Below, in pieces: positions 48,514-60,990 of a stretch of DNA of 64,000 bases (within the stretch, counting starts at the first letter, position 1; each line of letters starts with the position of its first letter). Source of the stretch: Podarcis muralis. Lineage: Eukaryota. The position numbers and the translations under genes are program-made. Below the pieces are notes generated by a model. The model did no database searches. It worked only from the letters and a program-made list of their open reading frames with translations, and was not told where the DNA came from. Where the stretch lies: positions 40,238,001-40,302,000 of the forward strand of contig NC_135655.1 of the NCBI RefSeq assembly GCF_964188315.1, written 5' to 3'.

Positions 48514-51500
48514 CCCAGAAGTAGATGAGATTGAGGGAAAACAGGAGAGAGAATTAAGAATTTGGGACACTATTTGTGGTAGATATGGTAGTAGATTCCA
48601 GAGTTTATGGGACATGATATAACCTCCTTGTGACTGCCATGTGCCTACTGCTTATGCCAGCTTAAACCATGAGGGCTTTCCCTGGTGACCACAGTGATGC
48701 TCTCGTTGCTCGGAGCAAAGCCAATTTATACGCATACTCTTGGACGGGGGATGTACAGAGTTCCAGCTGAACTGAGCTCCTTGGTAACAGGAGTTGCTAG
48801 GCAACAGCAGGATAAATTCTGCAAGTTGTCAATATCTCAGGCACTTGTTACTTGGGTAGAAGGGCCCAGAGGTCCAGTTCAGACCAGCCTTGGTTAGATT
48901 ATTGCACCCTTATTCAACAAAAGAATTCCTAATGGGACTAAACCCAATGAGTAGGAAAAATTCTCTCCCCTCCCCCAATTGCATTTGTATACATCTATGT
49001 TTTTGTGTTCATACCTGTTATGAATTCTATGCAGAAAAACACTTTGGAAACATTAGAGTCACTTACGTTCAGTAGCCACGTGACCACCGCAGCACCACTC
49101 TTCCCAGTATGACAGGGTGATTTGAGAAGCCCCAGAGCACATGGGAAGAACTCTTCCCAAAGCAATTGGTTTTGGGAAGAACCACAGTTTGGGCTTCTGT
49201 GTAAACTTGAAGTTAGGTGATATGACCTTGTGCCACCACAGGGAGATGTAGTCTTTCAGCAGCTCTCAGTTAAGGAATAACATGAATATGAGGTTCTCAA
49301 TCTTCAAGTAAAATGGATACTCTCTACATTGTAAATAAGAAGACATTCATCTCAGGGAAGTGTTCGCACTGAGGCTGGGAAGGCAGGGCTACGACATCTT
49401 TCCTGATAAGTGTATGTGAACTTGTGGTCTGTTTTCTGTTATTCACATGGGTAGGTTTCTGATCTGCAGAGACTCCGCTGCACAAGGTTGTTTCCTGCTA
49501 CCATGGGATATTTACTGGATGTAGCTTTATGGCCTGCTAGAAGCCTGTTTGTATAGTGTTAGAAAGCAGAAGGTAATTTGGATGGCAGTAAAGTTTCATA
49601 GCTGTAAAAATCCCAACTGTAAGCAAAGTTTATGTAGCAGTTTCTCCCTGGTGGCGTGGTGTATGTCTTCGTCTCCCCCTCATCCACCATTCGCTCTTGT
49701 GTATAATGAGTTGTGGTAGCAGAAACGGGAACACAGACATCTACATTTCCTTCTTTTCAAAGTGCGCCGGTAGGGGAGCTTTCCTTTCCTCTCTTGGAAT
49801 GAAGGAACACACCAGATGGACCATTGAAGTTTTTATGTACTACGGCGAAGCGCTCTCTAGAATGAAGGCGAGCTCTCAACCCCCTACTGTAGTTTTAAGA
49901 AAGGCTGAGACATGACTAAGTGGAATGGAAATGGGGGGGGGGAGCATGTGGTGTTGTGTATATTTGGGTGGGGTTGGGGGTTAATTTGTGAATTTTCTAT
50001 CTCTCAGGTTTTCCAGAAAACTAGCACTCCATTGTATGTGTATCTTAACTCCTTTATTGTTTTGCACGCATTTATAATTCAAGATGATTACAGACTATCG
50101 GTAATTAGGAGGTTTGTTTTCCAGCTGAAAATGAATTTTACTTTCATAAAGAACAATGCCAGGGTAGAAGTTGAAAGTGCTCATTCAGCATTGTGGTCAC
50201 CGTTGTGGTTCCTTGCAAAAATCAGACGCTTACTTCAGTTTGTGCAGAGTGGGGTGTGTGCATCTCTACAGAATTTGCTCCTTCACAATTTGCTCCTACA
50301 CCACTTTTAAGTTTTAAAGAATATAATGCGTGTATATGTGCTGTAAATATTGTGCTTGATGCGTGTGTTTTTGTGTGTGTATGTCTTCAAATGTACCTGT
50401 GGTATATTTGGAAGGCCCTATTTGGAAAGGAAAACAAGGCCCTTAAAACCTAAATTGGTCAGTTCCTTGTCATTTTAAGGCTGAAGCGAAGGAGGAAAGG
50501 GATGTTTATTTCCTTAAAATGTTTATCTCCTGCTTTTTGAAGTGAAAAGAATGAAAAGGCAGCTTACCAATTTGAAACCCAAGTATGATTTTAAAACAAT
50601 AATCAAAACAAAAGAGAACACAACAGCAAAGAGCAGAACAGAGGCAAACGTTAATTAACTCATTGATTAGCATTTTTTTTAAAAAACACAACAGCCAAGC
50701 GAAAGAATCCCTTCATACTTGCGAGGCCCCAGAGGCACTCTGGAAAAGCACAAACTTTGCATGGTGTCTCTTTATTGGAATTCAATAATCTTTTGTTATA
50801 TATAAATAAGGGGATTACTTAAATTGCCATAATGAAAAACATACTATTTGTTATTAATCTGCTAAGTTCCTACATCTTTGTCAAGCATCCTGTTAGTTTC
50901 TCTGTAAACAGTAATATTTCACATATTTACTCCATTCTTTCCAGAAATCAAGAATGTTTACTCTTGTTTTGCATGACATACAAGTAATATACAAGTTTAA
51001 TTTTAGCAAGCAAAATCTCAAATGTCAGTGCATCTTTTTGAAAGTTTTGCTATGAATATTTTTGATAATTACTGTGGTGTCACTTATAGAATATAACTAC
51101 CAAATGATAACTACCAAATGAGACCCTTCAGATCTCTTATTAATAATTGTGTCCATAGGAATTGTAGCATGTATAATTGGGTTGATAAACACCTGAATCA
51201 TTTGTCAAGAGATTCTGATTTTGAGACACATCCACAATTAATTATTTTGAGGGGGGCGGGGTGTGCTATTAATATAGCCCCATCTGTAGCATGTACCACC
51301 AGACATTAGAAATGTCAGTTTTAACCAGTGCTTTTTTCCCTGAGGGTACTCAAAGGTTTTCCCCTAGAAAAAAAGCATTGGTTAAAAATGTGGCACTTAC
51401 TGTAACAACTTCACAGTGAGTTTTCACCTGGTTTTGACCTTGATATTATTCACTGGGAAGTTATATAACTTTTTTAAGTTTTAAAATGTCTTAAATGTTT

Positions 51501-52611
51501 TTAAAGGTTTTTTTAAATAAAATAAAAACTTAGATTGTTTCGCTGTTTCAGTTGCTTTTCTGGGGTCCTTTGAGAGAAAGGTTGGGCTAGAAATTTAAAA
51601 GCAACTTATAGGGTGCACTGCTAAGGAATCAGTTTGCCTAGTGTCTGAAAACCAGGAAAGATGGGCAGAGTGAACATCTTGAAAGCGGGGGCGGGGGGAG
51701 TCCCACAGTGTGTCACAGCTCAAAAGTTCCTGCTTTGGGCTATTTTCCACCATGTTCCAGATGACAGAGGGGCAAGGTGCAGGGCTTCTGAGAAAGATCT
51801 CAAATTACATGTAGGTTCCTTTTGAAAGGGGTGTTTCTTAAGTTATTCAGACCCAGGACTTTCAAGTTCAAACTAGCACTTTGAATCTGGCATGAAAGCC
51901 AATGAACCTTTTAAAATATTTTCATTATATGTTCCCTCTAGCTCGCTGCGTCTTCTTGATCCTATGTTCTGAATCAGTTGCAGTTTCTGATAACTCTTCA
52001 AAGGCAGTCCCAGGTAGAGTGCACTGCAGTAATTTAGTTTCTATGTGACTTAAGGAATGAATTACCAAGGCTTAAGCCATTCTTATCTGGAAAGGTTGCA
52101 GCTGGCATATCAGTCTATACTATAGGAAAGTGCACCTGGGTTTATACACTGAAAAGCAATAAAACTTCCTATTAAAAAAGATAAAAAAGAGAAGGTGCTC
52201 TTGGACACTACAGTTTTGTGGGCATTTAGGAGCAGTTTGATCCAAGAGAATATCTAAGCTGCAAATGTGGATCCTGAGGATGTATACAGCCAGTGTTAGA
52301 AACTCAGATATATAAGCTAATCACCAAATGGCACCATAATGTTACAACAGAATGACTAGGTACCTTTTTTGCAATGAAATAATTTGTTGTTGTTATACTG
52401 CTTTATAATTAAAAGAAAAAAATCTCAAAGTGGTTTGCAACACATTAATACATCAAATAAAATAATCCAGAATACTGTAAAACAAATACAAGCTTCAAGG
52501 GAAATATTTCAGATCCTTCTCTAAGTGACATTTTGCTTTCATCATATTTATTTATCTACTTCATTTATATAGACTTCATTTATATAGCTTCCCCATAACA
52601 GAAGTACTCTA

Positions 52612-52820
52612 GGAAGCCAATGTAGTGTGGTGGTTAGAGTATTGGACTAGGACCTGGGAGATCAGGGTTCTAACCCCCACTCAGTCATGGAGCTCACTGG
52701 GTGGGTGACCTTGGGCCAGTCACAGCCTCTTAACCTATCTCACAGGGTCGTTGTAGGGATTAACTGTGGAGGGGGGTGAACCATGTACTCCTTGGAGAAA
52801 AAGATGGGTATAAATGCAGA
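52612..52820 (+). mobile_element. Older tRNA-derived CORE-type SINE (Squam3/MIR-like)
   Basis: ggaagccaatgtagtgtggtggttagagtattggac...ggttctaacccc...gtgaccttgggccagtcac. Confidence 0.8.
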
Positions 52821-53224
52821 AAATTTCTCTTCTGCTTACCTATTTAAGATAGCTGGAGGGGCTAGACAGATGGATATTTCAGTCACCAACCTGGCATCCA
52901 GAGATCTCCACATAGTTGCAGTTGGACCTGCACCAGTCCCAAAATGCATATGGCGCCTGGCGAATTTCTAATACTGCATGCAACCCCATCTAAAGCAGGA
53001 GGTACACATACTGCAGAATCACCCATGTTCTCAACCAGCAGCTCTGTATTGTTTAGATTAACTTTGAGTTTGTTCTCTCTTCTCTAAACCATCAATGAGA
53101 CCTGAGACATCTTTTAAAATTTTTCTCTGCATCCCTAGGGTCAAATGGAAAAGAGGGAGAATTGAGTGCAGTCTTATATACTCAAGGCATTGTATCCCAC
53201 ACCTTAGGATTACCTCACCTATCA

Positions 53225-53480
53225 GTTTCATTTAAATGGCACGGGAGACAAAGTAGTTCCTTGTGGCAACCTGCAAGCCCAAGGCCGCTGATGTGAGTGG
53301 CACGTTTCCTGACACAATTTTCTGAGATCTGTTCCAATAGAAGTACTGGAACCACTGCAAATTAATGCTCCTACAGTTCCATTATAGCAACACAACCCAG
53401 AAGGACACCATGTTTGTTCCTCATGAAACCACTGAGAGACCCAGAACCAACTGGAAGGGATCTCATCCTTCCCCATCCAT
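53225..53480 (-). mobile_element. Degenerate L2 RT fragment
   Basis: PWACRLPQGTTLSPVPFK corresponds to the GVPQGSILSP.LFN RT motif. Confidence 0.65.
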
Positions 53481-54896
53481 CTGATGGAGTAAGATCACCC
53501 ATCAGGGTTTCTCCCCCCAAACGGGTTCATGTAATTCATTAGAGTGATAGCTTTTACTACCTTACCTTGATTTAGCTGTGTCCTAAGAGAAGAAAAACCT
53601 AAATTATGTTTACATATGAGTAGTTCTATTCATAGAAATGCATGTTTTCTAAACACAGTTGACCAGAGCCCCTGTATTGAATTTTAAAAATTCAGTTCCT
53701 TGTTTGTTCCTGTGTTACAAGTAGACCATTCCACAGTACCAACTGAAATACTAGATACACTGTAGTGAAAGGGCTTCAGGATGTCTTGTGGTGGTCCGTA
53801 TATTTATTTATACAAGTGAACCTATATTTCCGTTTTCGGGAAGAAAACAAGTTAGGAAATAGCAAAACTAAATGTAGAGAAAACCAGTGTGTGTTAGAGA
53901 CGAGCCAGAGACAACAAACCATCAGCGCTATTAAATAGTGCTGCTTTATGCATTCTGAAATGTATTACACTGGATGGATTATCCAGGCCCAGTGTAGGTT
54001 TATGCACTTTCCATATAAATTGTGACTGCACCTCCATTGTAAAAAGTGAACAGCTACTGGTTTAATTGCTCCCTACTTCAGACAGTTACAGCAAGTGCAC
54101 ATTTTGGAGAATGCCATGTAGGTGTGTGATGTTGTATAGAAACATGCAATCAAATATGTACACTCTAATTTCCTTTCATGTCACTGATGGGGGGGGATGC
54201 TTCAGCATGCACCAGCCTGTGAATAAAGTGGAAAAATGCAGATGGTAAATTAACTTGCTTGAAAATAGTTTCTGGTTGAAGTTGTGGCTATAAAACAAGT
54301 AGGGACAGTGTATTTGCTCTTGTGGAAGACACTAGTCTTTGAATTTGCAAAATTTACTATTAAAACAGTTTGTGCACATTTCTGTAGTTTCATCTGTTAG
54401 TGGGGTTTCCCCCCTAATTTGGCTGTTTTTAAAAAAATCATATTGATTGATATTAACTGCTTTCCAGTGCATTTTAATATATCCAGGCTCAGGTAAGTAA
54501 ACAATTGGGGTGGGCTGATAGTTTACCTTTTCCCATCCTCACAACTTCTTACCATCCCTCAATATTCATCAAAATAGTTTTTTTCTCTTGTCCAATGAAG
54601 TGTGAAGCAGCAGTCTCTTATCACTGTGTCAACTTTTAGTGTCCACCACTTCCGTATACAAGTAATAACACTGTACCACTTTTTGTTGTTTATTTCTAAA
54701 ATTTATATGCTGCTTAATATAAAAAGAAACATCTAAGCAGCTTACATAAAGCATAATAAAATCAATATAAATGCATGTAAAACAGAGCAATCGAAAACCT
54801 TTCCAAAGTAGAATAAAACTATAAATAAAACTGAGTATATAAAAAAGTTGAATTAAAAATTAGGAATCAGAGTCCAGGAGCCAAAATGGGTATACA

Positions 54897-55045
54897 CAGT
54901 GCTTCTTTCTGGGGAGACACAGGGGTATGCATACCCCTAAATATTTTGTGACTCTTAAGTTTGGCCTCATTGAGGGGCAGTATTTCAATATGAGTAGGAA
55001 AATGAAAGTACCCCTAAACATTTTTTTTAGAAACAAAAACCACTG
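54897..55045. mobile_element. hAT-type MITE
   Basis: cagtgcttctttct / agaaacaaaaaccactg. TSD ggtataca / ggtaaaca (7 of 8 match). Confidence 0.8.
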
Positions 55046-55129
55046 GGTAAACACATATGCCTTTAAGAGGCGTTTAGAAATCTTATTTCTGTATTGTCAC
55101 CAAGTGACAATTCACTGGTCACAAAGTGG

Positions 55130-55850
55130 CCAGCAAGGTTTTCTTGGAAGATCTTAAGGTCCGGTTTGGTCTGGAGGAAGCAGTCTTCTAGGTACTATGG
55201 TCTCAAGTTGTTTGGAGTTTTAAATGTTAACACCAAAACTTGGTAGCTAATAGGCAGCTAGTGCAGATGTTTCAACACCAGTGCATCTGCAACCCAAAAT
55301 TGTGTGTTTCACTGTGCTCCAAAGCAGCTTCATTTTGTGCTAAATGCAGCTCCCAAATTAGGCACAAGGTGAGCCCCACATACAGTGCATTACAGTAATC
55401 TAGATTGTGTACAGCACATTACAGTGCTGTCTGCATGGACCACCGTGACAAGGCTATCCTTGTCCAGTAACTGTTGTAGCCAAAGTTGATAATAGGTGCT
55501 GAAAGCCAGTGAGGTCAGCTGGGCATCTTGTGACAGTGATGGATCTAGGGGCACACCCAAACTGCATACCTGCTCCTTCAGAGGATGTGCATAGGTGCAG
55601 GTGCACAGCCCAATTCCCACACCTGGGAATGAACCATCCATTGCTAAGATTCATTTGCAGTTTATTAGCCTTCATCCAACACATAACTGCATCCAAGACA
55701 CTGGTTTAGGATGTGCATGACCTCTAATTCAGATGTTGTGGAGAAACTGAGCTGGGTCCCATCAGGATACCAGTGTCTCTTTGTTCTAGATCTAATGATG
55801 GCCCCCAGTAGCTTCATACAGGTGTTAAATACCTGTATACAGACCAAAGT
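55130..55850 (-). mobile_element. Degenerate L2 ORF2 fragment
   Basis: MKLLGAIIRS...WYPDGTQLSFS (decayed YADDTQL), WMKANKLQMN, LGVPLDPSLS. Confidence 0.8.
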
Positions 55851-55869
55851 TCATGGGATTGGGGCACAG

Positions 55870-56050
55870 TCAACATTTCTATTATTTGGAACCAATCCTG
55901 TAAGAGGAAGTGAAATCACTGGAGGAGAGTGTCTCCAACCCACAGAGATCCAAGTTTTCAGAAAGAGGTCTTTCTGGAGATGCCAGCGACTGAACCTTGA
56001 ATGTTCTGTAGTCATAGCACATGTTTTACCCTCTGTGCTGTGGACCTCTA
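55870..56050 (-). mobile_element. Degenerate tRNA-derived SINE
   Basis: Minus head cacagcacagagggtaaaacatgtgct...ttcaaggttcagtcgctggcatctccag. Confidence 0.55.
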
Positions 56051-57365
56051 AATTTGAGGTAGTTTCAATGCTCATTACATAACCTAGCTATTGCCGTGCC
56101 TGGAACTGTTTAAGCAATATGATCTTGTCTGCCGTATTTACATTTGAGTATTTGCATTTAACTGTTTGATTTGGTGTGTATTTCCTGGTGTGTGAGAAGC
56201 TCATACAAAGAATGACTCGGGCTCTGTAAACAGACATAAATATACCAAGGCACCTTAAAAAATGTATGCTTCCTTGCCTTCTACATGTAAAATAGCCTGG
56301 GGAACTAACATTAGCTATCTGTATAAATAAAGAGTGCCACGTTGTTTCAGTTTAATGAAGAACCAATCAGTATTTCTCAAGTCACTTTCACCTATGTCCT
56401 GCTTTAAACATTTACTTCCTCTCCTCCTCCCGACTCAGTGCCAACAAACTGCAAAAGAGAAGTACGTAGTGACTTTCACATTTATATCTGTGCAGGGGTC
56501 AAAGGGATATGAAAGATTCTTTTAGTGCAGGTGCTCCCTTCCTCCCTTGTTTGCCATCTCCCTTCCCACGGCTTCTCTTGCACAATTGGCCTCCCTTTGC
56601 TGAGATCAGCACTTGGGTTGCAGAAAAGTCCCAGTGAAAAGAGGAAGGGCTCTGTTATCTTGGTGGCTTCTTTTCGGTAACTGGTGTCTCACTCTCAGGG
56701 TCATGGGAAGAGAGACTGATGGGGTTGTAAGCAGCAACTGCAGTGAGAAAGTAAATTAGGGATGGGCATGAAAGGCAAGGTGGAACCGGAGGACGTAGAG
56801 GCCAAGGCCACCAAGGTCTCATTTGAGTCATCTGCCTGGTGGGTAGCTATTGTTTACTACACAGATAGGCAGGTTTAGCTGGGAGAAAAGGAGAATAATA
56901 AATACCTAGCATTGACCAGCACATTCCAAGAGCACTTCACATATGTCCATAGTTATCCTTGCAACAGCCCTGTTTGATCTGTATTAATGCCATGCTGCAG
57001 GAGCTCTAGCCAGTGAATAAGCACAGCCAGAGGATTTAGAAATTACCTTCCCTGACTTGTGCTGTTTGAAAACACACACACACCAGACACCAGACTGTTT
57101 TTTGCTGCAAATAGCAGCTTGAGGTTCAGCAGGAAAACGTCACAGGACGAAAGCTCCTTCATGTATTTTGTGCATAGGCTTTCCCCCTATAGACATCTGG
57201 GTCTAATGTGGGCGTGTCGGCAGGAAGCCACCTGTTATAGGATGTGGGGCTTAACCACCCCTTTCTTTGTGTGGACCCCCTTTATGTGAGTTAACATATG
57301 AAGTGGTGAAGGAGTTGACCGCACACACTGTTTCAATCTGGGTAAGGATTCCTCCACATAGCTGC

Positions 57366-57637
57366 TGAAGAAGAAGAAGAAGAAGAAGAGGAGGAGGAGT
57401 TTGGATTTGATATCCCGCCTTTCACTCCCTTTAAGGAGTCTCAAAGCGGCTAACAATCTCCTTTCCCTTCCTCCCCCACAACAAACACTCTGTGAGGTGA
57501 GTGGGGCTGAGAGACTTCAAAGAAGTGTGACTGGCCCAAGGTCACCCAGCAGCTGCATGTGGAGGAGCGGAGACGCAAACCCGGTTCCCCAGATTACGAG
57601 GCTACCGCTCTTAACCACTACACCACACTGGCTCTCA
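57366..57637 (-). mobile_element. tRNA-derived SINE (Squam3-like), near-identical to 3453-3756
   Basis: Same head, body and compound (GAA)n(GAG)n tail, with only scattered substitutions. Confidence 0.88.
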
Positions 57638-58308
57638 CACTGATGAAAGAAGATTGAGATTATATTCTATCAAGAGATTCAAAGAGATGGCTAGCATCCC
57701 ATCTAACGTTGACACTTGTCTTTCAGACACAACCAGTCTGTTGAATGTAACAGAATATTAGAGAAAAGAATATTTTCTCACATTAGCAGCCAAAGTAACA
57801 CAAAGAAACTGGTGCCCCAATTGGAGAACCTTTTGATCAAGTATTTTAAAAAGAAGTATTTTCCAGTTAAAATAAATTAGCTTGTTCATCCTATATATAG
57901 ATCTATATAATCTATCATCTATATATAATGTATTAAATTTGTGGCAGCGAAACCACTAACACTGATTGAGCTGGCTTGACAGTTTGGAACATTTGGTTCC
58001 TTAAGGGAAATAAATAGTTCACAATCCAGTTTCTGTGCAGGAAGGGAAAATAATCAGTTTGCGTGTTAAATAGTTAAAACCTCATACAGGAAGCAGGCTG
58101 AGGACTTAAATAATCTAGAGCAAGTGTCACCAATATTTTTGGGCCCATTGACAAATAGGAGAAACTGTTGTGCACACCACACACATAACAAGGAAACATG
58201 CACTGCAACCAATCTGATGGGTACAATATAATTCTTCTTTCAGACCTACTTGGAGAGCCTATAGGTAGCAGGGAAGGCTTCTGCTGGCACAATGTTGGCT
58301 ACCCCTGA

Positions 58309-58438
58309 TCTGGCCTTTGCCAACCTCCATGTGTTTTGGACCACAACTCCCATCAGCCCCAGCCAGCTTGGCCAATGACTGGGGGTGATAGGAATTGCAG
58401 TCTTAACATCTGGAAGGCACCAGGTTAAGGGAGGCTGA
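58309..58438. mobile_element. Palindromic hAT-like MITE, degenerate
   Basis: ccacaactcccatcagccc...gggggtgataggaattgcagt internal palindrome as in 11520-11674. TSD not resolved. Confidence 0.55.
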
Positions 58439-60199
58439 TACAGAGGATGGAGGCTAAAATGGCCTAACATGAAGGCAAGGGAGTTGAATAATGAGATGTG
58501 TGAGGGAAAACGCAGGAACCTGCTTCCTTCTCCCTTCCAGAAATAAGTCTCCTGCAACAGTCAGCTGCTCTGTTACTACAGAGAAAACAGAACAAATAGT
58601 TTGGCCCACAGGAAGAAGGGCAACTGGAGACACATTTCTCCTCCCAACAATAAATTCTGTCTTTTCAAATGTATATGTGCAAGCTACTCAGGACTGTGAG
58701 ATGGAGCAGGATATACAGTGTAAGTGATTCCAGTTTATGGAATTCTTCAGCTGATAGCTTCTGATTGGCTTATACATGATACCACACAGCAGACAAAACG
58801 GAATGAACCAGTTTAGTCAGAAGCCCTTCCAGGTGTTTTTTGAGTGAAAGGGGCTCCACTTGAGTGACAAATAATAGGGCCATCTGACTGACCGTGGTCC
58901 TGACACCACATCCATCCTCCTGGTTCTGCCTATCCCCAACTCCAGAACATTGAGCAAAGCTGCCAATGTAACAGGTGTGACAGTTTTGCAGTTGGGGTGT
59001 GGTTGGACCGTATCGGCTTTCCTCTGCAAGCTGCACTGTAATGTCACCTCCTGGGTGAGGCTCGTCAAAGAAGTACCTATAATGGACAAGGACGACAGTT
59101 AACTTGCCATAGTAAATCATCTTGGCTTGTAAAAATATCCCATTTGTTTTGCTAGCTGTGGTGAGCAGTAATTAATTTCTGACCGTAAAATCTTTTTCTA
59201 AACATCATTATTTTGCTTCCTTTCTTCCCCCTTGCTCCCTTTTAGTTTATTTTAACACTGCTACTTTGTTATCTGCCATATACAATCAATGTGGCTTACT
59301 TGTTAAAATGACCACAAATGCCTTGCAAAAGCTCATTCACGGTGTAAAGATTGTAACACTCTTATCATCAGGGAAGAGTTGCCTTAATCTGAAGAAAACC
59401 TTTAAAGTACAGTACCTGCCATGCCAGATTCTGGTACTGAGAGGCAAAAATAATTACGAATGATTAAAACTGACCACAAATGCTAAGTGAGAATTTCCTT
59501 TGCATTAAACCAGATTTCTGTAACTTGCAGTGAGAGCTGTTCTGAAAGAGAGAGTAGAAGAGCATCTGACTTTCTAAACATAATTATTCTGTATTTTTAG
59601 AAAAACAACGTATTTCCTTTCAGGCCGGGTGTTGCTAAAGTACTTTTTTAATGTCAGTTTTCTTTAGCTTCAGTCAAGTCTGCCAAAGTCCATGTTCTTG
59701 TTCTTGTTCTAGGTTTGGTAAATTGGCTGGGAAAGTTACATAGCCTTGTATTTCTGAGTTTGGGAACTGCTGGCTTGGGGAATTAATATTAAGAATAACA
59801 AATCTGTATTGTGAATGAAATGCTTTTCATTTGTTTTCTCTACTATAATACCAAATGCGCACAGGTGCTTCTCTAGTAAGCACATGTTCAGTGAGTATAA
59901 AATGAGGCATGCAAATGGTGGAAATAAGAACAGTTGAAAGTGTAAAAAAAAAGAGTGGTTAAAAATGACCAGCTTTCCTTTGCTCACCCATAAGAGCTTG
60001 TGCTGCTTCATTTAGAGCAAGAATAGGAGAACTGAGAATTGTTTCCAGTGAATGCCCTTAAATGGGTACAAGCATTTTGATTCAGTGAAGATCCTTTCCA
60101 CTAACAGAAGAGGAAGGGAGGTAATTTTTGCAATTTTGCACCCCCCAAGCCCTTAGCACTCTCCCCCACTAAAAAAAAATGCTTTGGAGGTTTAGGAAT

Positions 60200-60345
60200 C
60201 AAACGGATACCAGTTGCCATGGATCTGCAACAGAAAAAGACTATTACTTTTATAGATTTCCCAGAGGGATCTGGTTGGTCTTTATGTGAAATAGGACACT
60301 GGACTAGATGGACCTCAGGCCTGTTGTTACGGTATGTTCTTATGA
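60200..60345 (+). mobile_element. SINE with CR1-like 3' tail
   Basis: ggatctggttgg...tgtgaaataggacactggactagatggacc...gttcttatg. Confidence 0.6.
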
Positions 60346-60529
60346 GGCCGTGTGGATAAATCAATCCTAGCTTTAACTTATCCCAGCGCTGCTTCCATTT
60401 TTTAAATGTTGGGTTTGTCTTCTCTTTTGTAAATTTGATACCTCTTTCTAAGACAAGAGGGCCACTGTTCATTGTTGTTGTTTAGATGTATTTCTCACCC
60501 TTCACCAGCATGTCACAACAATGCTGTCA

Positions 60530-60990
60530 CAGCCCTGTTTAGGGAAGTTTTTAATATTTGATGTTTTATTCTGTTTTTAATCTGTTAGGAGCTGCCCAGA
60601 GTGGCTGGGGAAACCCAGCCGGATGGGCAGGGTATAAATAATAAATTGTTGTTATTATTTAAAATTCAGTATTAAAAATGGTTAAAACAAATTACAGTCG
60701 CAGGAGTAGCGTGGGTCCTGAAAATACACATCTCAGGCATCAAAGGCCAGAGTAAAGAGGTGTGTCTTCGCCAAAAACTGCATAGTGAAGGTGACGGGTG
60801 TATCTCCATGGGGAGGGAATTCAACAACGTAGGGGCTGCCACAGAGAATAGGCTCTCTCAGGCCGCTGCCACCCCTGAACTTCTGAGGACAGTGGAAGTA
60901 CCAAGAGATTGTCATGCCCAAGAGAGCCCATAGGGAAGGAGGGGGATCTCTCATGTTTTTAGGGACTAAGTTGGTTAGGCTTTTAAACAC
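60530..60990. mobile_element. Two L2 3' fragments tail-to-tail (plus ~60530-60660, minus ~60660-60990)
   Basis: Plus: agctgcccagagtggctggggaaacccagccggatgggcagggtataaat. Minus ORF 60733-60990 starts FKSL and ends LAKTHLFTLAF. Confidence 0.7.

Noticed and set aside
58770-59120. Overlapping 90-116 aa minus-strand ORFs
   Set aside because: No recognisable motif, Kozak context or splice support. Probably decayed repeat or chance.
59230-59420. Possible SPRED1 exon 2 (atgacc..., catcagggaagag resemblance)
   Set aside because: It does not encode ARVRAVVMTRDDSSGGW in any frame. The resemblance is short and coincidental.
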